Origin: Dokdonella ginsengisoli
GTDB taxonomy: Bacteria; Pseudomonadota; Gammaproteobacteria; Xanthomonadales; Rhodanobacteraceae
Direction: 5' to 3'
Assembly (NCBI RefSeq): GCF_042652785.1
Contig: NZ_JBHSHD010000002.1
Location: forward strand, 103,750 to 167,749
Length of the DNA: 64,000 bases
The position numbers and the translations under genes are program-made. A model generated the notes under the pieces. The model was not told where the DNA came from and made no database searches. It saw only the letters and a list, made by a program, of their open reading frames with translations. Shown one piece after another: positions 1 to 9,461 of the stretch (position 1 is its first letter; the number at the start of each line of letters is the position of its first letter).

Positions 1-249
1 GCGCGGTGTTGAAGGCGCGCTGGTCGGCCGCGACCTTCGACTGGTCGCCGCACTCGCCTTCCGGGATCTCCTTGACCGGAGCGGCGGCTTCGGCCGGCTT
101 CGGCGCCTCGGCGGCGGGCGCGGCGGCCGGCACGTTTGCCGCGGGCGCCGGCGGAGCCTTCGGCGCGACCGGTTCCGACGGCGGCGGACTGCAGGCGGCC
201 AGGGCGACGGCCAGGGCGGTGGCCAGGGAGATCGGGACGAGCGGGCGCA
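1..249 (-). CDS. Lipoprotein, N-terminal fragment. The gene starts at 249 and runs off the window edge.
   Basis: Reverse complement of 1-249 translates to MRPLVPISLATALAVALAAC SPPPSEP... The signal peptide carries an L-A-A-C lipobox and is followed by a Pro/Ala-rich linker. GC3 is high. The six-frame track does not list it because it is truncated at the window edge. Confidence 0.6.
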
Positions 250-371
250 TGCGGACTCCGGCGTTTCGCGACAGGTCGGCAACGATAGTCGTCCGGTACC
301 GGCGCTGGCAACCGGCGCGGCGCGCCCTGCCGCGCCGGCGCGGTTTCGCATCCGCGCGCCGGCCCGCCATA

Positions 372-1787
372 ATGCGCGACCGCCCGCAGGGCGAAGCTCC
401 ACAGACGGGATGGGAACGCGTGAGTCCGGATCGGCAGGATGACTACCTCGAGCGCGTCAAGGCCGAAATCCGCCTTGAAGCGGACGCCGCGCGCACGCGC
501 GCGCCGCTGCCGCGCCGCGACCCGCCGCCGCGCCGGCCGCGTTCGACGCAGGGCGACGGCATCGAGCGCGAGCGTCTGGACTACTCGATCGCCGAACTGA
601 GCGGGCCGCACTACATCGCCTTCGTCGACCACGTGTTCCGCGCGGTCCTGAAGCGCCAGCCCGACGACGCCGGCTCGACCATGCAGATCCGCCTGCTCGC
701 CGCCGGTGCGCCGAAGGCCGAGGTGATCGGCAATCTGCGCTGGTCGCCGGAAGGCCGCCGCATCGGCACGCGCATCCGCGGCCTGCTGCCGCGCTACGTG
801 CTGGCCAAGCTGGCGCGCCTGCCGGTGATCGGCTATGCGCTGCAATGGGGCATCGCGTTCGCCGGGCTGCCGGTGCTGCTGCGCCACCAGCGCGCCGCCG
901 ACACCTCGGTTGCCGCCGGCTTCAACACGATCGCCGACGCGCAGCGCGACGCCGGGCACCGGCTGGACGAGGTGCAGGCCACACTCAGGACCGAACACGA
1001 CCGGCGCAGCGACGAGCTGCGCGGCGAGATCCGCCGCCTGCAGCTGCGCGTGGACGATCTCGAACGGCGCGCGCACGAGTTCCAATTGCGCGCGGACTCG
1101 CTGGAAGGCCGCACCGGCGCCGCCGCGCACGAACTGGGCGAGCTGCGCCAGTACGTGCACGCGGCGAACCACTGGATCGCCTCGCTGCAGCGCAGCCTCG
1201 GCGATCTGGAGGAAGGCGCCGCCGCCGAGCGCGACAGCGCCGACGCGTTCGCCGCGTCGCTGCCGGAAGACGAAGGCGTCGCCGCCGCACGCCGCGAGCG
1301 CCATCGCGCGTGGAGTGCGGCGCTGGCCGAACGCCTGCCGCAGGCCGCGTCGGTGCTCGACCTGGGCAGCGGCGACGGCGCCTGGCCGGAGGCGCTGGCC
1401 GAACGTGGCTTCGACGCCGTCGGCGTCGAGGCGAACGCGCACCTGGTCGCACGCGCGAAGGCCGGCCGCGTCGCGCAGGGCGATCCGGCAGCGGCGCTTG
1501 CGCGCTGCGCCGATGCCGGCCTCGACGCCATCAGCGTCAGCGCGAGCGTGCTCGCCGCGGACCCGGCCGCCACCGTCGAGCTGCTCGGACACGCGCGCCG
1601 CGCGCTCAAGCCTTCCGGCTGGCTGGCCCTGCGCTGCGAGCGCGAGCCGCACCGGCTCGCCGCCGTCGACGGCGATGCGACGCGCTGGAGCGCGTGGCTC
1701 GCGGCGACCGGCTTCCAGACGCCGGCCATCGTGCGCGACGGCGACGCGGCGATCGTCCTCGCCCGGCGCGGCGCAGGCGGCCCCTGA
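372..1787 (+). CDS. DUF4214 / coiled-coil / class I SAM-dependent methyltransferase-domain protein. The start is uncertain; the 5' part of the listed ORF 6..1787 overlaps the opposite-strand lipoprotein.
   Basis: The segment HYIAFVDHVFRAVLKRQPDDAGSTMQIRLLAAGAPKAEVIGNLRWSPEG resembles DUF4214, a domain found in glycosyltransferase operons. A long heptad-like coiled-coil region follows. The C-terminal VLDLGSGDGAWPEALAERGFDAVGVEANAHLV is a methyltransferase motif I (GxGxG). The first in-frame ATG after the lipoprotein overlap is at 372. The gene sits immediately upstream of three GT4 genes. Confidence 0.65.
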   Translation: MRDRPQGEAPQTGWERVSPDRQDDYLERVKAEIRLEADAARTRAPLPRRDPPPRRPRSTQGDGIERERLDYSIAELSGPHYIAFVDHVFRAVLKRQPDDAGSTMQIRLLAAGAPKAEVIGNLRWSPEGRRIGTRIRGLLPRYVLAKLARLPVIGYALQWGIAFAGLPVLLRHQRAADTSVAAGFNTIADAQRDAGHRLDEVQATLRTEHDRRSDELRGEIRRLQLRVDDLERRAHEFQLRADSLEGRTGAAAHELGELRQYVHAANHWIASLQRSLGDLEEGAAAERDSADAFAASLPEDEGVAAARRERHRAWSAALAERLPQAASVLDLGSGDGAWPEALAERGFDAVGVEANAHLVARAKAGRVAQGDPAAALARCADAGLDAISVSASVLAADPAATVELLGHARRALKPSGWLALRCEREPHRLAAVDGDATRWSAWLAATGFQTPAIVRDGDAAIVLARRGAGGP

Positions 1788-1800
1788 TGAGGATCGGCTG

Positions 1801-2883
1801 ATGAGGATCGCGATGCTGGTGCCGGGGCTGGCGCCGCACGACGCGGTCAGCAACGACACGCTCGGCATGACGCGCGCGCTGCGTGCGCAAGGGCACGAGG
1901 TGGCGCTGTTCGCGCCGCACGCATGCGGCGTCGACGAGACGATCCGCGCACCGGCCGAGGTGGAGGCCTGGGCGCAGTCCGCGGACGACGTCATCGTCTA
2001 TCACTACTGCGTCGGCTGGGACTTCCCGCTGGCGCTGTTCGGCCGCACGCGTGCGCGCCGCGTGCTGCGCTACCACAACATCACGCCGCCGGAATTCTTC
2101 ACCGAGTGGGCCGAAGGCTACGTCGCCGCCTGCGCCGAAGGGCGCGGCCAGCTCGATCCCTACGCGGCGATGAACTGCGAGCTGTACCTGGGCTGCTCGC
2201 CGTACAACCTCGAGGATTTCCTGTCGCGCGGGGTCGATCCCGCGCGCTGCGCGCTGCTGCCGCCGTTCCACCAGGTCGAACAGCTGCGCTCCCTCGCCCC
2301 CGACGACCGGCGCCTGCCGCGCGGCGAGCCGCTGCTGCTGATGGTCGGACGGCTGGCGCCGAACAAGGCGCACTTCGACCTCGTCGACGCGCTCGCCGCG
2401 CTGCGCGCGATGGGCGCCGGCTCGGCCCATCTGCTCTCCGCCGGCAAGCTCGATCCGAATCTCTCGCGCTATGGCGAGGCGCTGGAAGATCACATCCAGC
2501 GCCGCGACACGCAGGACGCGGTGACGCTGATGCAGGACGCCAACGGCGCCGAGCTGCGCGCTGCGTTCGAGCGCGCCGACGCGCTGCTGATGCTGAGCCG
2601 GCACGAAGGCTTCTGCGTGCCGCTGATCGAGGCGATGGCGCTCGGCACGCCGGTGATCGCGCGCGCGACGAGCGCGATCCCGTGGACGCTCGGCGACGCC
2701 GGCCTGCTGTGGGACGGCGCCGACCCGCACGTGATCGCCGCCGCCGTGCAGCGTCTGTCCGGCGACGCGGAACTGCGCGAACACCTGCGCGCCGCCGGCA
2801 AGGCGCGCTACGCCTCGACGTTCGCACCGGCGGTGCTCGAGCGCGGCCTGGCCGAGGCGATGACCCGGGTAGCGCGCCGATGA
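1801..2883 (+). CDS. Glycosyltransferase family 4 (GT-B fold).
   Basis: Carries the GT4 C-terminal signature LSRHEGFCVPLIEAMALGTPVIA (EX7E region) and RYHNITPPEFF. It starts 14 nt after the upstream stop. A near-paralogue lies directly downstream. Confidence 0.85.
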   Translation: MRIAMLVPGLAPHDAVSNDTLGMTRALRAQGHEVALFAPHACGVDETIRAPAEVEAWAQSADDVIVYHYCVGWDFPLALFGRTRARRVLRYHNITPPEFFTEWAEGYVAACAEGRGQLDPYAAMNCELYLGCSPYNLEDFLSRGVDPARCALLPPFHQVEQLRSLAPDDRRLPRGEPLLLMVGRLAPNKAHFDLVDALAALRAMGAGSAHLLSAGKLDPNLSRYGEALEDHIQRRDTQDAVTLMQDANGAELRAAFERADALLMLSRHEGFCVPLIEAMALGTPVIARATSAIPWTLGDAGLLWDGADPHVIAAAVQRLSGDAELREHLRAAGKARYASTFAPAVLERGLAEAMTRVARR

Positions 2884-3965
2884 AGGCCGCCCTGCTGCTG
2901 CCGGTGCTGGCGGGCAAGGATGCGGTCGGCAACGACACGCTGGCGATGGCCGCGCTGCTGCGCGAGCGCGGCCTGGAGACGCGCGTGTTCTGCGACGTCG
3001 CGCACGGCGTGGCCGAGACCACCTACTCGCCGGACACGCTGCTCGACTTCGCCGGCGGTCCCGACGACCTCGTCATCTACCACTTCTCGGTCGGCTGGCC
3101 GCAGGCGACCGAACTGGTCGCGCGCGCGCGCGGCTACCGCGTCGTGCGCTACCACAACATCACGCCGCCGGAATTCTTCGCCGGCACCTCGCGCCTCTAC
3201 GAAAGCGCCTGCGCCAAGGGACGCGAGGAGATTCCCGCCGTCGCGCGGCTCGGCTGCGAGCGCTATCTGGGCGCCTCGCGCTACAACCTCGACGAGCTGA
3301 TCGCCTGCGGCGCGCCGGCCGATCGCGGCGCCGTGGTCGCACCGTTCCATCGCGTGGAGCAACTGCTGCGCGCCGAGGCCGACCTCGACCTGCTCGACGA
3401 ACTCAACGACGGCACGCGCAACCTGCTGATGGTCGGACGCATCGCGCCGAACAAGAACCACCTCGCGCTGATCGACGCGTTCGCCGCCTACGTCGACGCC
3501 TACGGCGATCCCACGCGCCTGCTCGTCGTCGGCAAGTCCGATCCGGGCCTGGACGCCTACAACCAGGCGATCCGCGCGCGCATCGACGAACACCGTCTCG
3601 GCGACCGCGTGTGGTGGCTGGAATCGCTGAGCGAGGCGCAGCTGAAGGCGGCCTATCTGGCCAGCCACGCGTTCCTGACGATGAGCCGCCACGAGGGCTT
3701 CTGCGTGCCGCTGATCGAGGCGATGGCGCTCGGCGTGCCGGTGCTGGCACACGCCTCGAGCGCGATCCCGGAGACGATCGGCGACGGCGGCGTGCTCTGG
3801 AGCGAGGAGGATCCGTGGCTGTTCGCGGCCAGCCTCGCGCGGCTCGCCGATGACGCGCACTTCCGCAACGACCTGCGCGATACGGCGCGACGCCGCTACG
3901 AGACGGAGTTCGCGCCGCACGTGCTGCGCGAGCGCTTCCTCGCCGCGCTGGAGCCGCTGTCGTGA
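2880..3965 (+). CDS. Glycosyltransferase family 4, paralogue of the upstream gene.
   Basis: Its ATG overlaps the previous stop (ATGA). The layout is the same as 1801-2883: GNDTLAM, RYHNITPPEFF, MSRHEGFCVPLIEAMALGVPV. Confidence 0.85.
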   Translation: MKAALLLPVLAGKDAVGNDTLAMAALLRERGLETRVFCDVAHGVAETTYSPDTLLDFAGGPDDLVIYHFSVGWPQATELVARARGYRVVRYHNITPPEFFAGTSRLYESACAKGREEIPAVARLGCERYLGASRYNLDELIACGAPADRGAVVAPFHRVEQLLRAEADLDLLDELNDGTRNLLMVGRIAPNKNHLALIDAFAAYVDAYGDPTRLLVVGKSDPGLDAYNQAIRARIDEHRLGDRVWWLESLSEAQLKAAYLASHAFLTMSRHEGFCVPLIEAMALGVPVLAHASSAIPETIGDGGVLWSEEDPWLFAASLARLADDAHFRNDLRDTARRRYETEFAPHVLRERFLAALEPLS

Positions 3966-5149
3966 AGCGCGTCGCCATCGTCGTGCCGCGCTGTCACGAA
4001 TCGCTGGTCGGCGGCGCCGAAGCGCTGGGCTGGCAGTACGCGACCCTGCTGGCGGACGAGTACGCGGTCGACGTGCTGACCACCACCGCGAGCGACTACG
4101 TCAGCTGGGCGAACGACCTGCCCGAAGGCGTGGAACGCCGTGACGGCGTCGCGATCCACCGCTTCCGCGTCGCGCGCGGCCGCGACGGCTACTTCCACGA
4201 CCTGCATCGCCGCCTGCTGGCGCATTTCGCCGCGCGCGCGGACGCGAGCGACGGACGCGTCGCGTGGCCCGAGGCGCTGCAGGAGGAATTCATCCGCTCG
4301 CAGGGGCCGGTGTGCCCGGACCTGATCGCGCATCTGGCGCGGGCCGGCGACGACTACGCCGCGGTGATCTTCCTGACGTACCTGTATCCGACCACCTACG
4401 ACGGCGCGCGCGCGCTGCCGCACCGGCGCTGGGCGATCGTGCCGACCCTGCACGACGAGCCCGCCGGGCATTTCGGCGTGTTCGCGCAGATGGCGCGGCA
4501 CACGCCGCGCCTGCTCTGGAACACGCCGGCCGAACGCCGCCTCGGCGCGAGGCTGTGGAACGTCGACGCCGGCAATCTCGTCGCCATGACCGTGGCGACG
4601 CAAACGGTGGCGCCGGCGCGCGAGTCGACGCCGTACCTGCTCTACAGCGGCCGCATCGACACGCACAAGGGCTGCGCGATGCTGCTCGACGCGTTCGGCA
4701 GCTACAGCCGCGAACGGCCGTCCGACCTGCGCCTGCTGCTGACCGGCGCCGACAAGCTCGGCGTGCAGCAGTCCGAGCACGTGCGCTATCTCGGCTTCGT
4801 CAGCGACGAGCGCAAGCTGGCCCTGATGGCGGGCGCGCTCGCCTTCGTGCATCCCTCGCCGTACGAGAGCCTGAGCATCGTCGCACTCGAGGCGATGGCA
4901 CAGGGCACGCCGATCGTGGTCAACGGCGAGTGCGAAACCCTCGCCGACCACGTCGAGGCCAGCGGCAGCGGCTTCGTGTTCCGCGGCGAAGCCGGACTGC
5001 ACGCGGCGATCGACGCCGTGCGCGCGCTCGACGCGCCCGCGCGCGCCGAGCAGGCGCGACGCGCGCGGGCCTACGTGCTCGACCACTACAGCCGCGAGCA
5101 GGTGCGCGCACGGCTGATCGCGGAAATCGAGGCGCTGGCGGCAAACTGA
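3962..5149 (+). CDS. Glycosyltransferase, GT4-like (GT-B).
   Basis: A GTG start overlaps the upstream stop. The segment SPYESLSIVALEAMAQGTPIVV matches the GT4 EX7E region. It is the last gene of the cluster. Confidence 0.8.
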   Translation: MKRVAIVVPRCHESLVGGAEALGWQYATLLADEYAVDVLTTTASDYVSWANDLPEGVERRDGVAIHRFRVARGRDGYFHDLHRRLLAHFAARADASDGRVAWPEALQEEFIRSQGPVCPDLIAHLARAGDDYAAVIFLTYLYPTTYDGARALPHRRWAIVPTLHDEPAGHFGVFAQMARHTPRLLWNTPAERRLGARLWNVDAGNLVAMTVATQTVAPARESTPYLLYSGRIDTHKGCAMLLDAFGSYSRERPSDLRLLLTGADKLGVQQSEHVRYLGFVSDERKLALMAGALAFVHPSPYESLSIVALEAMAQGTPIVVNGECETLADHVEASGSGFVFRGEAGLHAAIDAVRALDAPARAEQARRARAYVLDHYSREQVRARLIAEIEALAAN

Positions 5150-5302
5150 GCCGGCCGCGTGCCCGGCTGTCGCGCGGACGAAGCTGCCCTCTCGCAGAGA
5201 CACGCAGTCCGCAGAGGACAGACGAAAGCCCGGCTTTTTTCTCCGCGACCTCTGCGCCTCTGCGAGAACCGTCTTTCTCGGCCGCTCTCGCGACCCAGAG
5301 AT

Positions 5303-6691
5303 TCAGCGCGCCGCCAGACGCATCGAGAAGCGCGCACCGCCGAGGTTGGGCGAGTGGTCGACGACCAGCTCGCCGCGATAGGCCTTGAGGATGTCCTGCA
5401 CGATGGCCAGGCCGATGCCGTGGCCCTGCACGCGTTCGTCGCCGCGCACGCCGCGCTGCAGCAGATGCTCGATCTTGTCGTCCGGGATGCCGGGACCGTC
5501 GTCTTCCACCATCACCACCAGGCCGGCGCGCTTTCCGGCCGCGGCCGGCTGCGGCTGCGCGGTCAGCAACACGCGGCGCCGCGCCCACTTGAACGCGTTC
5601 TCGAGCAGGTTGCCGAGCAGCTCGAGCAGGTCGCCCTGGTCGCCGTGGAAACGCGCGCCCGGATCGATGTCGAATTCGCACAGGATCGATTTCGACGCGT
5701 AGACCTTCTCCAGGCTGCGCACGACCTCTTCCGCGTACGGCTCCAGCGGCAGCGGCGCGGCGAAGGTCTGGTGGCCGGACGTCGCCGCGCGAGAGAGCTG
5801 GTAGGCGACGATCTCGTCCATGCGCCCGACCTGCTCGAGCACCGTCCAGCGCAGGTCCTTGCCGTCGGCTCCGGTCTCCAGCTGGCTGCGCATGACGGCC
5901 AGCGGCGTCTTCAGGCTGTGCGCGAGGTCGGACAGGGTGTTGCGATAGCGCTTGACGCGCTCGCGCTCGGCCTCGATGAAGTTGTTGATGTTCGCGGTCA
6001 GGCCCGACAGCTCGATCGGATAGTCGCGGTCGAGCTGTTCCTGCGCGCCGTGCTCGACGCGGCGAAGATCGCCGGCGACGCGGCGCAGCGGCGACAGGCT
6101 CCAGCGCAGCACGCCGAGCAGCAGCAGCAGCAGGACCACGCCGAGCGAGCCCAGCCACGTCGCCAGCGTGCGGCGATAGACGTCGACTTGGCGCTGCAGG
6201 GCGCGGCTGTCTTCGGCGATGTGGAAGGTCACGTGCAGTTCGTTCTTCGCGCCGGCGTTCCACACCACGCCCTGCGACAGCACGAACAGGCTGCCTTCGG
6301 ACGTCGCCACCGGACCGCGGAAGCGGATCTCGCCCGGATCGAGCTCGTCGGAGAACGGCAGTTCGCGTCCGGCCGCCGAGGCCGAGCGCCATTCCTTTTC
6401 CTTCGCGCCGACGACCTTGCCGCCGACGATGCCGGCGTACAGGCCGGTCGCGGTCGGCTGGTCGAAGCGCGAATCGGGCCCGACGTCCGGCGGAATCAGC
6501 GCGCCGGCGCGATTGGGATCGGAACTGGCCAGATAGGTGTACAGGTAGCCCTGCAGGCGCTCGCGCAGGCCGCTCTCGGCCGCCAGATAGAACGCGTTGT
6601 CGAGCGCGAAGAACGCCAGCGCAAGGAAGGCGGCCAGTACCAGACCGGCCGCCGCCAGCGAGCGCGCCTGCAGCGAAAGCGGACGCGCCAT
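5303..6691 (-). CDS. phoQ: Sensor histidine kinase PhoQ.
   Basis: Two transmembrane segments flank a periplasmic sensor domain. The H-box LAHSLKTPLAVM and the HATPase motifs (LGNLLENAFKW, DDGPGIP, GHGIGLAIV) are present. It lies directly downstream of phoP. Confidence 0.85.
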   Translation of the reverse strand: MARPLSLQARSLAAAGLVLAAFLALAFFALDNAFYLAAESGLRERLQGYLYTYLASSDPNRAGALIPPDVGPDSRFDQPTATGLYAGIVGGKVVGAKEKEWRSASAAGRELPFSDELDPGEIRFRGPVATSEGSLFVLSQGVVWNAGAKNELHVTFHIAEDSRALQRQVDVYRRTLATWLGSLGVVLLLLLLGVLRWSLSPLRRVAGDLRRVEHGAQEQLDRDYPIELSGLTANINNFIEAERERVKRYRNTLSDLAHSLKTPLAVMRSQLETGADGKDLRWTVLEQVGRMDEIVAYQLSRAATSGHQTFAAPLPLEPYAEEVVRSLEKVYASKSILCEFDIDPGARFHGDQGDLLELLGNLLENAFKWARRRVLLTAQPQPAAAGKRAGLVVMVEDDGPGIPDDKIEHLLQRGVRGDERVQGHGIGLAIVQDILKAYRGELVVDHSPNLGGARFSMRLAAR

Positions 6692-6707
6692 GCGCGCTTG
6701 CCCCCTC

Positions 6708-7418
6708 TCAGGCTTCGGTCTTGGCTTCTTCGACCGGCGTGTCGCTGCGTTCGAGCGCGAAGCGGTAGCCGCGGCCGCGCACGGTCTCGATCGGCTTGAT
6801 CGCGTTGTCCGGATCGAGCTTGCGGCGCAGGCGTCCGATGAACACCTCCAGCACGTTCGAATCGCGATCGAAATCCTGCTGGTAGATGTGCTCGGTGAGA
6901 TCGGCCTTCGACACCAGCTCGCCGGCGTGCAGCATCAGGTACTCGAGCACCTTGTACTCGTAGCTGGTCAGGTCGACCGTGCCGCCGTTGACGGCGACCG
7001 TCTGCGCGGTCGTGTCGAGCACCACCGGACCGCATTCGAGCGTCGGCCGCGACCAGCCGCTGGCGCGGCGCACGAGCGCATTGAGACGCGCCAGCAGTTC
7101 CTCGACGTGGAACGGCTTGACCAGGTAGTCGTCGGCGCCGTTCTTCAGGCCCTGCACCTTGTCCTGCCAGCTCGAGCGCGCCGTGAGGATCAGGATCGGA
7201 TAGCGCTGGCCCGCTTCGCGCAGCTGCTTGACCAGGTCCATGCCCGAGAGCTTGGGCAGGCCCAGATCGATGATCGCGACGTCGAACGGCACTTCGCGGC
7301 CCAGGTACAGGCCTTCCTCGCCGTCACCGGCGGCGTCGACCGCGAAGCCGTCGCGCTTGAGCCGCGCGGCCAGGGTTTCGCGCAACGGGGCTTCGTCTTC
7401 CACCAGCAATACGCGCAT
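6708..7418 (-). CDS. phoP: OmpR-family response regulator PhoP.
   Basis: The receiver domain is MRVLLVEDE...DLGLP and the C-terminal winged helix ends TVRGRGYRF. The phoP-phoQ order is as in Xanthomonas. Confidence 0.9.
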   Translation of the reverse strand: MRVLLVEDEAPLRETLAARLKRDGFAVDAAGDGEEGLYLGREVPFDVAIIDLGLPKLSGMDLVKQLREAGQRYPILILTARSSWQDKVQGLKNGADDYLVKPFHVEELLARLNALVRRASGWSRPTLECGPVVLDTTAQTVAVNGGTVDLTSYEYKVLEYLMLHAGELVSKADLTEHIYQQDFDRDSNVLEVFIGRLRRKLDPDNAIKPIETVRGRGYRFALERSDTPVEEAKTEA

Positions 7419-7463
7419 GTCGTTCTCCGTAGGATGTTGCGTCCAGTTCGCGCCGGGCCGGCG

Positions 7464-7712
7464 TCATTGCTCCGCAGGCACTTGGATGACACGCACCTGA
7501 CCGTCGCGCGTCAGGATCTTGACGCGGTAGACCTTGCGCTTGCCGACGTTCAAGGTCTGCACCGACAGCACCTTGCCGTCGGCCTGCCGCTGCGCCTGCG
7601 CCACCGCCTCCTGCACGCTGACTTCGCGCGCGACGACGGGTGCGGACCCGATGGCCGCGCACGACAGCATCAGGAAGAGCACCAGCAGGCTTGTTCCGCG
7701 TCGGGCTTGCAT
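7464..7712 (-). CDS. Small PepSY-domain periplasmic protein. The start may be 7721 instead.
   Basis: Within the listed ORF 7464..8003 only the last 82-85 aa look real: MQARRGTSLLVLFLMLSCAAIGSAPVVA (signal peptide) + ...VLSVQTLNVGKRKVYRVKILTRDGQVRVIQVPA (PepSY). GC3 is high. It is the first gene of the PepSY-phoP-phoQ operon. Confidence 0.65.
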   Translation of the reverse strand: MQARRGTSLLVLFLMLSCAAIGSAPVVAREVSVQEAVAQAQRQADGKVLSVQTLNVGKRKVYRVKILTRDGQVRVIQVPAEQ

Positions 7713-7782
7713 CGTCCTCATCTTAGCCGGCATGCCAGTCCACGCAAAAGCGTAGCGACGCGGCAGTCTCGGCAGATTCCAT

Positions 7783-7799
7783 TGAATTGCGGCTGAATT
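7783..7799. promoter_or_regulatory. Direct repeat TGAATT-N5-TGAATT, a candidate OmpR-family (PhoP-box-like) operator upstream of pepSY-phoPQ.
   Basis: A 6-5-6 direct repeat tgaattgcggctgaatt lies 60-90 bp upstream of the PepSY start. This is the OmpR-family geometry, but the sequence differs from the enteric (T/G)GTTTA box. Confidence 0.3.
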
Positions 7800-7818
7800 T
7801 CGCGCGCCGGTTCCGGCC

Positions 7819-9420
7819 TCAGTCGCCGGCGAGCGCAGCGCGCAGCGGCGCCAGGCGTTCGCCGTAGCGCGCCGCGCGTGCGGTGTCGCGATACAGCGGC
7901 TGCTGCACCTGCGCCGCGCTGGCGCTGCGCACGTCGCGCCGCACGGTGTGGAAGTCCACGCAGCCGCGCTCGAACGGCAGGCCGCAGAATTCCAGCAGGG
8001 CACGGATTTCCGCCTCCGGCGCGGCGAGCAGCGCCTCGTGAGGCTGTACGCGCACGTGCTGCGGGTGGCGCAACTCCCAGAGCCGGCTCAGGCGATCGTA
8101 GGCACGCCAGCAGGCACCCAGGTCGGCGAAGTCGTAGGCGTACGTCGCGCGGCCCGGTGCGAACAGCTGCTTGTAGCAAGACCAGCAGGTCTCGAGCGGA
8201 TCGCGGCGGCAGTCGACGATCTTCGCGCCCGGCAGCATCGCGCGGATCGCGCCGACGAACGTCCAGTTGTCCGGCAGCTTGTCGGTCGAACGCGGCCGGC
8301 GCGCGCGCCAGCGCGCCGTGCGCGCGAGATAGTCGCGGCCCAGGCGCTCCCAGTCGGCCGCCGTCGCCTGTGCCGCCCAGTGCGGAAACGGCCGGCCGCG
8401 CCGTCGCGACTCCTGCGCGAGGACGATCGGCAGGTCGGGCAATTCGCTGGCGCCTTCGACGAGCGAATGCGCAGCAAGGATCTGCTCGACCAGGGTGGTG
8501 CCCGAGCGCGGCATGCCGAGCACGAAGACGACGTCCTCGCCCAATGCCGCCGGGGCCTGCGGCGGCGGCGCGTCGAAAGCCAGGCGGATCGCCTCGATCT
8601 CGCGGCCGAAAGCGTCGGCGCTCCAGTCGAGCCGGCGCCGCGCGAGCGCATTCGCGCGTGCGAACGCCGACAGCGCGTCGTCGTAGCGCGCGGCGTCCTC
8701 GCAGACCTTGCCCAGCGCGAAGGCGAGCGCCGAACGTGCCTCGTCGCCGAGCGTCGCGTCGCCGGCAAGGCGTTCGAGCGCGGCGGTTTCGTCCGCGTCG
8801 AGCCGCACCGTCTTCAGGTCGACCAGGCTGAACCAGGCCTGGTAGGCGCGCGGCCCGCCCTGCCCGACCAGCGTGCGGTATTCGGCGGCGGTTTCGTCGA
8901 TGTGCCCCTGCGCCTGCAGGCTGCGCGCGACCAGCAGCCGCGCCAGCGCATGCGTGGGCGCATGCGCCAGCGCGCGGCGACCGCAGGCGAGCGCTGGCGC
9001 GTGCAGGCCGTGGCGATCGAACTGCCGGCCGAGGCGGAACAGGGTGTCGGCCTCGGCGGGCGCGAGGCGCTCCGCGCGACGCAGCAGGGCCTGCGCCTCG
9101 TCCGCGTCGCCGAGGTCGAGCCTGACCTCGGCCAGCTGGACCAGAATCGAGACGTCGTCCGGCTGCCCCTCGAGCGCGCGGCGGTAGATCGCCTCGGCCT
9201 GCGCACGACGGCCGCGGCGCTGTTCGAGCAAGCCGTGCAGACGCAGGGTTTCCAGATGCGAGGGTGCCGATGCGAGCGCCGCGGCCAGGGCGCGTTCGGC
9301 GCCGTCGGGGTCGCCGCGACGCAGACGCTGCGCCGCCTCCTGCAACGATGCGACGACAGGCGGCGCCAGCCCGCGCAGGCGTTCGGCGGGGCCGGGCGCA
9401 AGGCGACTGGCGGAGTTCAT
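7819..9420 (-). CDS. TPR-repeat + sulfotransferase-domain protein.
   Basis: The N-terminal roughly 280 aa are TPR-like repeats. The C-terminus carries the sulfotransferase PAPS-binding motif VFVLGMPRSGTTLVEQIL and matches the typical Xanthomonadaceae TPR-sulfotransferase layout. Confidence 0.8.
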   Translation of the reverse strand: MNSASRLAPGPAERLRGLAPPVVASLQEAAQRLRRGDPDGAERALAAALASAPSHLETLRLHGLLEQRRGRRAQAEAIYRRALEGQPDDVSILVQLAEVRLDLGDADEAQALLRRAERLAPAEADTLFRLGRQFDRHGLHAPALACGRRALAHAPTHALARLLVARSLQAQGHIDETAAEYRTLVGQGGPRAYQAWFSLVDLKTVRLDADETAALERLAGDATLGDEARSALAFALGKVCEDAARYDDALSAFARANALARRRLDWSADAFGREIEAIRLAFDAPPPQAPAALGEDVVFVLGMPRSGTTLVEQILAAHSLVEGASELPDLPIVLAQESRRRGRPFPHWAAQATAADWERLGRDYLARTARWRARRPRSTDKLPDNWTFVGAIRAMLPGAKIVDCRRDPLETCWSCYKQLFAPGRATYAYDFADLGACWRAYDRLSRLWELRHPQHVRVQPHEALLAAPEAEIRALLEFCGLPFERGCVDFHTVRRDVRSASAAQVQQPLYRDTARAARYGERLAPLRAALAGD

Positions 9421-9461
9421 CGCGCGGAAGGCCCCGTCTTCGGCGGAAACCGCGCGAGCTT

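Noticed and set aside
835-1800. The N-terminal 322 codons of ORF 835..2883, and ORFs 845..1801, 833..1729(-) and 985..1452(-).
   Set aside because: They overlap the DUF4214/methyltransferase gene in other frames. The glycosyltransferase clearly starts at the ATG at 1801, just after the upstream stop.
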